This document shows, in pieces, positions 1 to 10,713 of a DNA stretch of 32,027 bases (its first letter is position 1; every line of letters starts with the position of its first letter). The position numbers were made by a program, and so were the translations under genes. The notes under the pieces are model-generated. The model was given only the letters and a program-made list of their open reading frames with translations. It was not told the origin of the DNA and made no database searches. Source of the DNA: Fonticula alba ATCC 38817 (Eukaryota > Protista > Nucleariida); the NCBI GenBank assembly GCA_000388065.2, contig KB932202.1; one strand, given 5' to 3'.

Positions 1-33
1 GGAGGGGCGGAGGAGGGGCGGAGGAGGGGCGGA
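1..33 (+). repeat. 11-bp tandem repeat (GGAGGGGCGGA)x3, truncated by window start
   Basis: Three exact units at 1-11, 12-22 and 23-33. The same unit recurs at 3450-3504. Confidence 0.9.
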
Positions 34-141
34 GGGGGGGGGGAGAAGGGATGGGCAAGACAAAGCGGCGGAAAGGGGAGGAGGGCAATGCCAGCTGGAG
101 GACGTACGGATTCAAAAACGACAAGAAAAGAGCAGCAAGCC
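1..141 (-). other. Possible exon/intron boundary of a minus-strand gene continuing left of the window
   Basis: Minus-strand donor GTACGT starts at 107 (the dominant donor type here) and is followed by pyrimidine-rich intron-like sequence. No product is identifiable. Confidence 0.25.
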
Positions 142-2289
142 CTGGGGAGATCTACTTGGGCGCGCCAGGCGTCAAAAATAGATCCTCGGGCGGAAGAGCG
201 AGGGAGAGTGGGGCAGGAGGCGAGGAAAGGGGAGAGTGGAAGAATCCCCTGAGAGGGATCAGGCGGCGAAGCGGGAGCAGAGCGAGCAGGAGGGAGGGCC
301 AAAAGAGAGGGAGGGAGGGAGGGAAGTCTCGAGGATCTCTGACTCTGGATGCCAGAGGCCGGAGGATCGGCCAGATGGTGGCGCGGTGGCAGAAAAGGGT
401 GCCGCTGATCCCGGTCCCTCTGCCCTGGCCCACCCACCCTCTTGCCGCCCGCCCCCTGTGTCCCCTTTGCCACCACCCCCCGGTGCTGGGCGCGGTACGC
501 TCCCCGCCCCCCCGCTCGCCCTCTCACCTTTCCTTGCCTCTTTTGTCCGCCCACTGGTGCCCTCTGCGCCTGGCATCCTGGCCGGGGGGGGGGGGGGGGG
601 GGGGAAACGTCTGCATGCGGGTGTGAGTGTGGGTGTGTGTCCGCCGTGCGCCGGCTGGCCGGGGGCGTTGACACCACACCCGGCTGCCCTGGCCCAGGCC
701 GGAACCTAATACCCGGTATGGATGGTTCTCCTGTTTGAAGTGTCTCGGTTCCCCAGTCCGGGGGGGGGGGAGGGGGGAGGCGCCCCTCTGGCTGGGCACC
801 CGATCTGCCCCGGACCGAGGGCGAGGGGCACGGGCCCTTCTCGCCTGGATGGTAGGTCTTCCGTCCTTCTGGCGGTTTGTATTCGCCCCCCCCCCCCCCC
901 CTGGCCTCGTTGTCGTCTCGCCCTCGTCCAAGCACCCCAATACACACTGACACGCATATCCACACCCAGCCACCCCCTCCCCCCCACACGCATGCGCCGC
1001 CAGCCCGTGGGGGTGACTCAGATGGTTAAAATCCCAGGTCGTCGCTGAGTCTGCGGTCGCGGTGATTCAAAAGCACCTCTCCTGGGAGCTTGCCTTCGCT
1101 CGGCCCGGCTTCCGGACGCACGGTGCCCGCCAGCACACCACTCTGTTGGGCCTCCGCACCCCCCTTAAAACCCCTGCCACTTTCCAGATCGCCGGGGTGC
1201 GAGGCGTAAACCGGCCCACACCGCACCAGCAGACCAGGCAGGAGGGATGTACTGAACGCGCTCTCCGATCGGAGCGGGCCGGCAGTTGAGGAGTGGCATT
1301 TAGGATACAACCTGCCGGGGATCATATCACGCCCATCAGTCGGAGGGAGGAGCAGGCACATGACCACATCACCATGGCACCGCCACTCGGCCAGGGACTC
1401 CGTCCTCGGGGCCTCTTTTACGCCCTCCCCCTCGGCAAATATGCGCCCCGGCGGGTGGCGGGCATGCCAGGGGGGCGGGGGCGGGCCGAGTGCCTCTCTC
1501 TTGCGTGTTGGCGAGAACCCCGCTCGGACGGGGGGGTGCACTTGCGCGCGCCACCAGCAGCAGCAGCAGCACCCTGCCCCTGCCACCAGGCCGGGTGCTC
1601 GAGATCCAAGTGCCCCTGAGGCGCCGGTGTCCCCCTGGCGATGCCCGACACAGGGGCGAGGGCGAGGGCCCGGAGGGGGAGGCAGTTCCAAGTGGTCTCG
1701 GCGCCGATCTGCATCCGGGACCGGCGCGCAATCCACCGCGAGAGACCCTGGATGGCCGGTTGTTCGCCCGCCCCCGCCTCACGCCCTCGCTAGCGGTCGG
1801 GGGGGGGGGATGGGTGCCGGCATTCGCCGGGGCGCACAGATGGCCAGGAGGGGGTGGGGGACGATAGTGCGGCAGGGCTGTTCGCCTTGTGGCCCGGCCT
1901 TCGTCGCCTCCCTCGCCGCGCCTGGTCCCGCCCCGCGGCGACGAGCACCTTGGCGATCTGGCCACCTGGCGGGTGCCCTTTTTCGCCCGGTCAGGAGGCA
2001 GCACGAGAGATCCAGGGCTAGATCTCCGGTCTGGCGCCCGGGCAGAGGCAGGAGCGTGTGGGCTCGGGGGGGGGGGGGGGGGGGNNNNNNNNNNCCCCCC
2101 GGCGACGTATCCCCACGCGGGCGGAGAGGCGGAAAAAAAAATGAAAGTCTATTGTCAGCTGGTAGATGGAGGGCGCGCGCGGGCGGTGCGGTGCGCGCGC
2201 ATACACGCCAGAGAAAAAGGGGCCACAAAAGGCTCGGAAGCACACACCACGCACGCACACCCCCTCCTCGAGGCACACCGTCGGCTGTG

Positions 2290-2314
2290 TTTTTTTTTTT
2301 TTTTTTTTTTTTTT
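2290..2314 (-). repeat. A25 homopolymer on the minus strand (T25 on plus)
   Basis: Read directly; lies about 284 nt downstream of the mS38-like stop codon. Confidence 0.9.
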
Positions 2315-2597
2315 GCTGACGGGCACATCCGAGGCGGGTGTGTGCATGGGGGAAGGTAGCGTGCGTGGGGAAGGGGGAGAGAGAAGGGTGGGGGGTAGTA
2401 GGAGAGGGGGCGTGGAGGAAGAGACAGGGGAAACAAGGACACGAAGGGCACTGCACGCGGAGAGACGTCGGAGCCCCGGGAGGAGAGAGACAGGGACCAG
2501 CGCGCGGCATGCTTGGCATATGAAAAAAAAAAGAGGCGGGGGAACGACGCGAGGGGAGAGCCGCACATGCCCGGCTGCTGTTAGCGGTCGTCCCTGC

Positions 2598-3392
2598 TCA
2601 ACGGCGCCGGCGCTCGGCACGGGTGGCCTTGAGGCGCTTCTTGTACTTGTGCTTCTTGATCTTGCGCTTGCGCTTCTTGATGTCGTTGGCCAGCTCCATG
2701 CCACCGACCGAGGGCTCCAGCTCGTCGGCACCCGGATCCAGGGGCGGGAAGCCGGCAGCCGAGAGCATCTGCGAGTAGCGGTCATGCTGCACGACGTCGG
2801 TCAGATAGCCGATGGCCGAGCGCTCGGCCTGGCCACGCGAGGACTGGAAAGTCCCGACGCGCTGCTCGATGTCGGCCATGAGGCTGTCGAAGTCCGCCTG
2901 ACGGTCCTGCAGGGGGTAGTCCGGCAGGCCGGTCAGAACCCAGCTGCTGATGATGCGCGCCGGGAGGATGGACACGGCGGCAGGGGCCGGCTGGCTGGCG
3001 GCAGCCCGGGCCGCGGTCGCATGGCGGGCGGTCACCATGGACTCGGTGTCCAGGTGCTGCATGGCCTGAGACATGGAGCAAATGTTGCTGGCCGAGGGGG
3101 TGGTCTGGGCCTCGGGGGCCAGGGCGTCGGTGGGGACAAAGGTCATCGAGTCATTGGGGGGAGCCTGCCCGGCGGAGATGATGGAGTTCAGCTCGGTTTG
3201 CAGGGCCGCCGACATGGGGAGATCCCCGGTCAGGGAAGCGGTGCCGGAGTTCATCGAGCCACCGGGCGAGTGCGGCGGCGACGAGGACGAGGAGCTGGAG
3301 TACAGGGCCCGGAGACCGGTCCCCCGGGCGAGGGACACGGCGCGGGCAGCCTGCCGCAGGGGGCCGGCGTTCCGAAGGGCAGAGGAAATCAT
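2598..3392 (-). CDS. COX24: Mitochondrial small ribosomal subunit protein mS38-like (COX24/AURKAIP1, DUF1713 C-terminus), about 264 aa, intronless
   Basis: C-terminus MELANDIKKRKRKIKKHKYKKRLKATRAERRRR matches the basic DUF1713/mS38 motif. The ATG at 3392 starts MISSALRNAGPLRQAARAVSLARGTGLRALYSS, an R/A/L/S-rich, acid-free presequence. An alternative in-frame ATG is at 3431. Confidence 0.8.
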   Translation of the reverse strand: MISSALRNAGPLRQAARAVSLARGTGLRALYSSSSSSSPPHSPGGSMNSGTASLTGDLPMSAALQTELNSIISAGQAPPNDSMTFVPTDALAPEAQTTPSASNICSMSQAMQHLDTESMVTARHATAARAAASQPAPAAVSILPARIISSWVLTGLPDYPLQDRQADFDSLMADIEQRVGTFQSSRGQAERSAIGYLTDVVQHDRYSQMLSAAGFPPLDPGADELEPSVGGMELANDIKKRKRKIKKHKYKKRLKATRAERRRR

Positions 3393-3439
3393 GTCGAAGC
3401 TGGCATTGTTTCCCGTCCCACCATGGTCCATGTGTCAGA

Positions 3440-3504
3440 GGAGGGCGGAGGAGGGGCGGAGGAGGGGCGGAGGAGGGGCGGAGGAGGGGCGGAGGAGGGG
3501 CGGA
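3440..3504 (+). repeat. (GGAGGGGCGGA)x5 plus one 10-bp variant unit
   Basis: Exact units at 3450-3504, variant at 3440-3449. They are followed by a 35-bp sequence identical to 56-90. Confidence 0.9.
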
Positions 3505-3539
3505 CAAGACAAAGCGGCGGAAAGGGGAGGAGGGCAATG

Positions 3540-4341
3540 NNNNNNNNNNNNNNNNNNNNNNNNNNNNNNNNNNNNNNNNNNNNNNNNNNNNNNNNNNNNN
3601 NNNNNNNNNNNNNNNNNNNNNNNNNNNNNNNNNNNNNNNNNNNNNNNNNNNNNNNNNNNNNNNNNNNNNNNNNNNNNNNNNNNNNNNNNNNNNNNNNNNN
3701 NNNNNNNNNNNNNNNNNNNNNNNNNNNNNNNNNNNNNNNNNNNNNNNNNNNNNNNNNNNNNNNNNNNNNNNNNNNNNNNNNNNNNNNNNNNNNNNNNNNN
3801 NNNNNNNNNNNNNNNNNNNNNNNNNNNNNNNNNNNNNNNNNNNNNNNNNNNNNNNNNNNNNNNNNNNNNNNNNNNNNNNNNNNNNNNNNNNNNNNNNNNN
3901 NNNNNNNNNNNNNNNNNNNNNNNNNNNNNNNNNNNNNNNNNNNNNNNNNNNNNNNNNNNNNNNNNNNNNNNNNNNNNNNNNNNNNNNNNNNNNNNNNNNN
4001 NNNNNNNNNNNNNNNNNNNNNNNNNNNNNNNNNNNNNNNNNNNNNNNNNNNNNNNNNNNNNNNNNNNNNNNNNNNNNNNNNNNNNNNNNNNNNNNNNNNN
4101 NNNNNNNNNNNNNNNNNNNNNNNNNNNNNNNNNNNNNNNNNNNNNNNNNNNNNNNNNNNNNNNNNNNNNNNNNNNNNNNNNNNNNNNNNNNNNNNNNNNN
4201 NNNNNNNNNNNNNNNNNNNNNNNNNNNNNNNNNNNNNNNNNNNNNNNNNNNNNNNNNNNNNNNNNNNNNNNNNNNNNNNNNNNNNNNNNNNNNNNNNNNN
4301 NNNNNNNNNNNNNNNNNNNNNNNNNNNNNNNNNNNNNNNNN
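3540..4341. other. Assembly gap (802 N), probably hiding the MFS first exon and the divergent promoters
   Basis: N run. Other gaps are at 2085-2094, 11998-12083, 19204-19213, 27073-27917 and 28943-29596. Confidence 1.
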
Positions 4342-4402
4342 CCCTCCGATGCCCCCCTTGTTCGTGCTCCGCTTTTCCCCCACACAGGCCTGACTGACGC
4401 AG

Positions 4403-6150
4403 GTGCCTTTCCCTTCTTTCGGCCTGGGGCCGCTTGCAGCCTGCTGCCTTCGAGGCCCACCATCGTGTGGCGTCTGGTCTGTATGCGCAGCTCCGATACC
4501 TGCTGCCGGATGCGCAGCAGGGCCTTTCGCAGGCGGACTCGATGTTGCTCGTGGGATCGCTGTTGGCGCTGGCCGCGTCCTTGGCCCAGTTCCTGACCGC
4601 CGTGCCAGTCGGCCGGGTGGCCGATACGTACGGGCGCAAGCCCGCCTTGCTGGTGGTTCTGCTGGCCACCCTGGTCGCGCACCTTCTGCCGCTCCTCCTG
4701 CCCCAGTCCATGGCGGCATACAGCCTTTCCCGAGTGCTGGCTGGCGCCGCGCGCGGAGTCACGCAGCTCGCCATGACCGTGTCCGTGGACCTGTCCTCCA
4801 GGGCTGATACCGGGCCGACCGCCACGGCCGCCAGCCCCCCGGGCAAAGCTGCCCCCAGCGCCGGGGCGGCGGTTCTCCTGCGCGCACGTGCCCTCGCCTT
4901 CACTGGCATCGCCATCGCCTTGGGCTTCACGGTGGGACCAGTGCTGGGTGTGGGCCTTGCCCGTGCGGCTGGCCGTGGTGCTCTGGCCGGCGCCTCGCTG
5001 CGCGTCCTGTCGACCGGCTTGTCGACCGGCCTGGATCTGCTTGCTATCATGTTGACGGTGCTGCTCTTCCGGGAGCCCATTCGCACCAAGGCCCCGGCCG
5101 ATGGCCCGACCGGCGTCGGCCCGGCCACCCCTCCCGGGGGGGCCCCCTTCCCGGTGTCGTATGGCTGGCTGTGCGCCGCGCAGTTGGTCTTCTCCTGCTT
5201 CCTGTCGGCCTTCGAGCATAGCCTCACCTTCATCCTGAGTGCCCTGCGGGGCTTTTCCTCGGCAGACCATGGTCGTCTGCTGGCCCTGTCCGGGCTGGTG
5301 GCCATCCTCTCGCAGGGGGGCATTTCTCGGCGGCTCTCCAGCCGGGCGGTGGCCAGTGTGTCCGACAAGCCGAACGACGTGCGCCGGGCTGTGCGCACGG
5401 TATCCAGCGCCGCCCAGGTTGGCACCCTGCTCCTGGGGATGGCCTCGTGCCTGGTGGCTGTGGCTGCCGGGCCACGCATTCTGCCGGGCCTGCTGCTGGA
5501 CACCGGGGCCTGGTCCTCCAGCCGTGTTGGTGCCCTGGTGGCCGTTCCCTTTGGCGTGGCATCCGGCCTGGTGGGTCCCATGTTCACGGCCCTGGCGTCT
5601 CTCGCTTCCGGCGGCGAGACCAGCAACTCGTACGCTCCCCCGTATGGGCTGTCTCCCACCCCTCGTCGCTCTTCCACTTTGACACTCCCCCCCCCCCCCC
5701 CCCCTTCCCCCCTTGCTGATGGTCCCTTTTGCTCGCTCCCCTCCCCCCTCCAGTGCCCAGCGTGTGGCCCACTTCCGGTCGGTCGGCTTCATTGGCCGCG
5801 TTCTCGGGCCGGTGTGCGTGACCGTGCTCATTTCCCTGCTGTCGGCCTCCTGGGGGGTGCTCCGGCCGGTGGCGGATGCCCTCGGGGTGAGTGGGTTTGT
5901 GGTCGGCACCGGCACCGGCACCGGTGCCGATGTCACCACCTCCTTCGGGCCTCTGGCCATGCTGCTCCTTGCCGTGCTGATTGCCTGCCTGCCGACGGTG
6001 CTCTTGTCGCTCAGCACAGCCGGCGGGGAGCTTCCCCCTGCCGGGGCCCTGGAGCGGAGGGTCGACTCGGCGGCCAGTGGGACATCGGCTCGGGTGCCCG
6101 TCTCGGGGGCGGCCATCTCCCGCCGGGCCACGCAGTCTGTGGCCCCGTGA
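4403..6150 (+). CDS. Major facilitator superfamily transporter, TetA/MFSD10-MFSD14-like; 5' end lost in gap; join(<4403..5629,5754..6150)
   Basis: MFS motif A GRVADTYGRKPAL, SRVLAG, and GIAIALGFTVGPVLG (motif C-like), with many hydrophobic segments. Acceptor CTGACGCAG ends at 4402. Phase-2 intron 5630-5753 (GTACGC..CAG) joins the frames to read ETSNSAQRVAHFRSVGFIGRVLGP. Confidence 0.85.
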
Positions 6151-6279
6151 GGGGGTGCGCCTTCTTTGGATCTCCCTGGCACTTGTATTCCCTCTGTATG
6201 CTCCCTGAAGTGGCCCCCTCCCCCGCTGTGTCCTTTCCGCCGCCGAGCCAGTTGCCCGTCCGACACACTCGGGGTGTGC

Positions 6280-6285
6280 TTTATT
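6280..6285 (-). promoter_or_regulatory. Candidate AATAAA polyadenylation signal for CDC45
   Basis: TTTATT on the plus strand, about 320 nt past the CDC45 stop. Motif match only. Confidence 0.3.
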
Positions 6286-6477
6286 GTACGGCGGACCACG
6301 ACCCGAAGAATAGAACAACCCCCCTTGCGATCATGGGAAGGGCCGCATGGCGACGAGACTGGGGGAGGGGAGTGGGAGAAGGGGGAAAGGGGGAAAAAGA
6401 AAAGGGCACCAGGCAAGCACGGATCTCCAGGCTGATGCTCGGACTGGCCGGGAGAGGATGGGACGTGGGAGGTGGGC

Positions 6478-6479
<2 letters not shown>

Positions 6480-6514
<35 letters not shown>
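6480..6514 (+). repeat. G35 homopolymer
   Basis: Read directly; lies between the convergent MFS and CDC45 3' ends. Confidence 0.9.
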
Positions 6515-6515
<1 letters not shown>

Positions 6516-6605
6516 GTGGATGGGGAAAGAAAGAAGAAGGGTAAAATGTCTATTTGCGGCTTGCGCCAGGAGTGGGGAGTGAGCTGGGACGCCGGGCGGG
6601 CTGAG

Positions 6606-9600
6606 CTAGAGCGCCCGGCGACCAGACGGGCGCTTGGCCGAGGGCGGAAGCTGCTCGGCTGCCGCCGCCAGTGCCCGGCGCTTCATCGTCAGCTGGATGG
6701 CCTCCAGGAAGGGAGTGAGATCTTCGCGACGGATTTCCAGCACCGAGGCGTCGAAACCATCGTGCCGGAGGCGAATGCCGCGCTCGGCGGCCACATTCTT
6801 GAGAATGACGCTGAACACACTGGGAGGGGGGGCAAAGGGGATGGCCAAGCCGGCGTCGGCGTAAGAGTCAGCAAATCCGACAGGAGGAGGCAGCATGGCA
6901 GGGGGCCAGGGCGAAAGGGAAAACGCACTTGCGCTGGACTTGTGAAGAGGAGCTCCGCTCCCGGTCAAGGCCGATGACGAAGTACGAATCTGTCGAGTGG
7001 CACAGGGAGGCCACCAACAGGGGTAGGTTGGTCTTGCCAGAAGACTGTACCAGTGTGGCCCCAGATCGTGAGGGGAGGAGGGGGGGGGGGAGGGGGAGAG
7101 GGGTGTTGGGGTATTGTTAGGGCCAGTCCCATCTGGGGATCAAAGACTCCACAGGGAGGGAGGAGGAGGAGGAGATGGGGAAAAGGGGGAAAGAAGAGAC
7201 GGCAAAAGTGCGAGAAGGACAGCCAGGCCGGGAAGCGCGTATGCACGCACCCGAAGAGCGTCACGCATGTAGAGCGCCAAGCGGGTTAGTGTGAGTGGGT
7301 GCACCACCAGCAGGTCACTGTTCCCGGTGCTCCACCGCGAGTCCAGCGGTGCGGCTCCAGCACGCCCGGGGCCCATGGGAACCTGGTGCGCTACCGGCCC
7401 GGTGGACCCGGCGTCCTTGACAATGGCAAAGCGCAGGAAGCGCGTGGTGGTGATGGCATTCTGCTCGATGAGCAGGGTGATTTGACGGATGATGGCTCGC
7501 TGGTAGGCCATGGCTAGGTTGAGGCCAGACTCAAGGATCGTCGTGTAGGGGCTGGGGGCGGGGGGAGGGAGGGAAGGTCGAGCAAAGGACCGCACGTGTG
7601 AGAGAAGGCGAGGGGGACATGAAGCGAGGCAAGGCAAGGGTGCGCGGCGCGCGAATGGCGGGAGCAGATGGGGGGAGGGGGGGGGGAGGGAGAGAGAAAA
7701 CAATTTCGGCTCAACAAGGCGTGGATGTGCGGGCGCATACACGCAGCCGCAGCACTCAGCACACAGCACGCAGCACGCAACACATTTGAGCCGGTGTATG
7801 CAAACAAAACGCACGACTCCAGGGCATCATATGCCCGATACCAGCACTGCAGCCAGACCTGGTCGCGAGAAATGTCACTGGTCCGGGCGTACTCGGCCAC
7901 CGCTTCGGACATGGTGGAGAAGGCGGAAAAGGAGTCGCCCCCCGAGGACTGGCCAGGCCCCCCGGCCAACCCATGGCGGGACAGGGTGAAGGCAATGTTC
8001 GAAGCTATGGCGCCGGCCTCCACCAGGGAGGAGATGGCATACACGACGTCGGCCGCGGCCACAGCCGTGCGGAACCCCTGCCGCGCGATGAAGGCCGGGT
8101 ACATGATCCCCGGGAGGTTGACCCCGGCCGAGACGTCGGCCAAGCGCCGGGGAAGGTCCCGGCGCATTTCCACATCCATGGCCAGGTGCGGCTGGCACGC
8201 CTGACTGAGAGGGATGCCCAGGCGTACGAGCAGCGTGCGTACCCGGTGCGCGCCCTTGTCATTCCACACGCCGAGCTGCGTGGCCACATGCGGCGCATGC
8301 ATTAGCGCATCGAACAGGGACCAGTGCCGGTATAGCATCAAGTTCAAGTCCTGCTGGTGATTGATCTTTAACGAGGTGTCCACCGCGCTGCCAGTGTATG
8401 TCCCATCTAGGACCGACCCGGCGGCCGGATCATCGCCCGACGGATCCTGCCCATCCTCGGGCAGATGGTCGGCCGACCGGCCGGCGGCGGCGGCGGCCGC
8501 CGCCGCCGCCGCCTGCTGCTGTCGACCAGCCCGCACCAGGCTGTCAATCAGCGCCTCAAGCTCCAGGTCCGGCAAAAGGTCAAGGCCATAGTCGGTCGGG
8601 GTGCGGGAGCCCGCCGGCCCGGTGGGACCACCCTGCTGCTGCTGCTGCTGCTGCTCCTCTTCCTCAAGCGCTTCGAGGGCCTCCAGCTCGTCGAGCTCGT
8701 CCAGGCGATCGAGCTCATCGTCAAGCTCATCCGCCGAATCGCCCCCGGTGGCCAGGCTACGTGCCCGGCGCAGGGCGCGACGTTCCTTGAGCAGGCGCTC
8801 GCGCTGACGCGATCGAAGTAGGCGCCGCGCAGCCGCCAGCTTTTGGGGGTTGGCACGGATTGGCTGGGCCGACTGGAAGTCCGTGTTGTGTCGGACAGTC
8901 TGTCGGCCATGGGGCACCAAAGGACGGGAATGCGTCAGCCAGACCCACCACCGCCACCACCGCCACCACCGCCACCACCGCCACCACCAGTCAAAAGCAG
9001 CAGTCGGCCAGGTGCCATGGCCGGCCAGCAGTTCCTGGCTCGTGGTTCGCCAGGGGCCCGCAATCATACGCACCTCGTTTTTGAAGAAGTCCACCTGTGC
9101 CCGATAGTGCGCCAGTGTCAGACGGTTGTTGATGTACTGGTCTGTCATGCCGACAATGGCCCACCTGTGGCAAGGGAGCAGGCGCATACATGCGAAGGGC
9201 CCGGGGCAGGTTAGAAATGAGGGAGGCTGGGCCTCTGCCCACCGAGCAGCAGCAGCAGCAACAATAGGTGGGCAGGCGGATGCACCGAGAGAAAGGCGGC
9301 ATGCGTACCAGAGCAACTTGTTCGAGTCGCGGCCCAGCTGCACGGCCATCGTGTAGAGGGTGCGCGAGCAGGAGGCCCCATACCAGCTGGCGCTGTAGTA
9401 CCGGGCCACGAGCTTCTGGTGGCGGGCCAGCTCGGCCCGACGGAGGGCCTGTTGCTCGCTCGGCAGGCCGAGTGTCCGCAAGCGCTTGCGTCGCTGGAGT
9501 CGGTCCCGGCGAGTGCCCGCACGATCCTGGTCGGACCCGAGCTCCACTTCACTGTCGTCCTCGTCCGCCTCGGTCGAGGATCCGGGGCTGGAGGCGCCGC

Positions 9601-10713
9601 CAAGTCCCGAGCCAGCGTCTGCCTCGTCCTCGCTGTCGGTGCTCTCATCCAAGCTGTCCAGGTATGAATCGTCATCAAGCCCGAGGGGGCCGGCTCCCGG
9701 CGGTGGGGAAGGGGGCCGACGGCTGCGCACGGGCCCGGCCGCCAAGATGTCCAGCTCATGGCCATCTTCGTAGTCTGAGTCGCTGCCCAAGCCATCGGGA
9801 TCCTTGGAGGCGGCGTCCTGCGCATGGAGCTGTGTGAGCGCCGGTATAGGAGGCAGGGAGGAGGAGGAGGAGGAGGAGGAGGAGGAGGAGGGGAGCGGAG
9901 AGTCGAATAGGGAAAGGGAGAAAAGGGCAAGAGGGGGAGGGGGGAAGGAGGAGGAGGGAGGTAACATCCGATGGATTCACGCACCAGGGCCAGATAGGCG
10001 GCCTTGACGTTGTGCATCTTATGCTCGATTTCCCCGTCGTCCAGGATGAACACCTGCGAGTTGGAGTAGAGGTTCCGCAGATCGTAGGGGCGGTGAGAGT
10101 CGGTCACGTAAAAGCGTGTTTGACTGGCGGTCTCCCCGTCGGACAGGGAGAAGAAGGCCCCGAGATCGGTGACCGCGCCGCAGTCCAGCATGAAGACGCT
10201 CCGAAGCTAGGGGGGGGGGGAGGAGGGGGAGAGAGGATGGGTCAGGGTCCGGAGGGGCCAGCAAAAAGGGCTGTCGGGCAGGCCAACGCCCTGTCGTGTA
10301 GTGACGCACGTCGGGATTAGATCGGATGAGTGTTTCGTTGATGTATGCCAAATCATTGTAGCCCAGGACTGGAACCAGTTTGAAGGGGATGAATTCGGCC
10401 TTGAGTAAGGCCTGCCCGCGGGGAGAGGCGGCAAGAGGGAAGGCAACGACCGCGATATTGGGGAGGTGCGAGGGGGGGCGGGGGTAGACAGATGAACGAG
10501 AAAAGGGATACAGGAATAAAGAGGTCAGGCGCGGTGGAGATCTCAGCAGCCGGCGGAGAGGGGGGATCCCCCCCGACGTACAACTAGGATACGGCATGCG
10601 CAGAGGGCGTCCACGGTGGCCGCGGCCAGGATCAGTACCGAGGAGGCGTGTCCAACGGCATCCTCGCGGACCCTCCGCAGAGCGACGTCCAGGCCGCTGT
10701 GGAGAATGAACAT
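6606..10713 (-). CDS. CDC45: DNA replication initiation factor CDC45, 927 aa; complement(join(6606..6819,6929..7044,7251..7551,7815..8899,9074..9164,9309..9829,9985..10206,10310..10411,10582..10713))
   Basis: Motifs VLILAAATVDALCACRIL, FIPFKLVPVLGYNDL, MLDCGA, FYVTDSHRPYDLRNLY, LLWWAIVGMTDQY, LNLMLYRHWSLFD, AADVVYAISSLVE and HDGFDASVLEI. All eight introns are GT..AG with consistent phases, and the exons sum to 2784 nt (928 codons). The exon 4 acceptor could alternatively be 12 nt further on (9817). Confidence 0.95.
8945..8989 (+). repeat. (CCACCACCG)x5 minisatellite in CDC45 intron 5
   Basis: Four exact units plus a final CCACCACCA. Confidence 0.9.

Noticed and set aside
1015-1051. Hairpin GACTCAG...CTGAGTC and a 12-bp palindrome at 1263-1274
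   Set aside because: Short stems are expected by chance at this GC content, with no tRNA, SECIS or snRNA hallmarks.
51-2319. Long ORFs at 51-626, 1026-1736 and 1360-2319, including a CAG/polyQ run
   Set aside because: Arg/Gly/Pro-rich translations driven by high GC and homopolymers, with no motifs, no consistent codon bias and no supporting splice pattern.
2166-6416. Very long ORFs 2166-4397(+), 3389-5677(-) and 3435-6416(-)
   Set aside because: They run through N gaps and are antisense shadows of the GC3-biased mS38-like and MFS genes.
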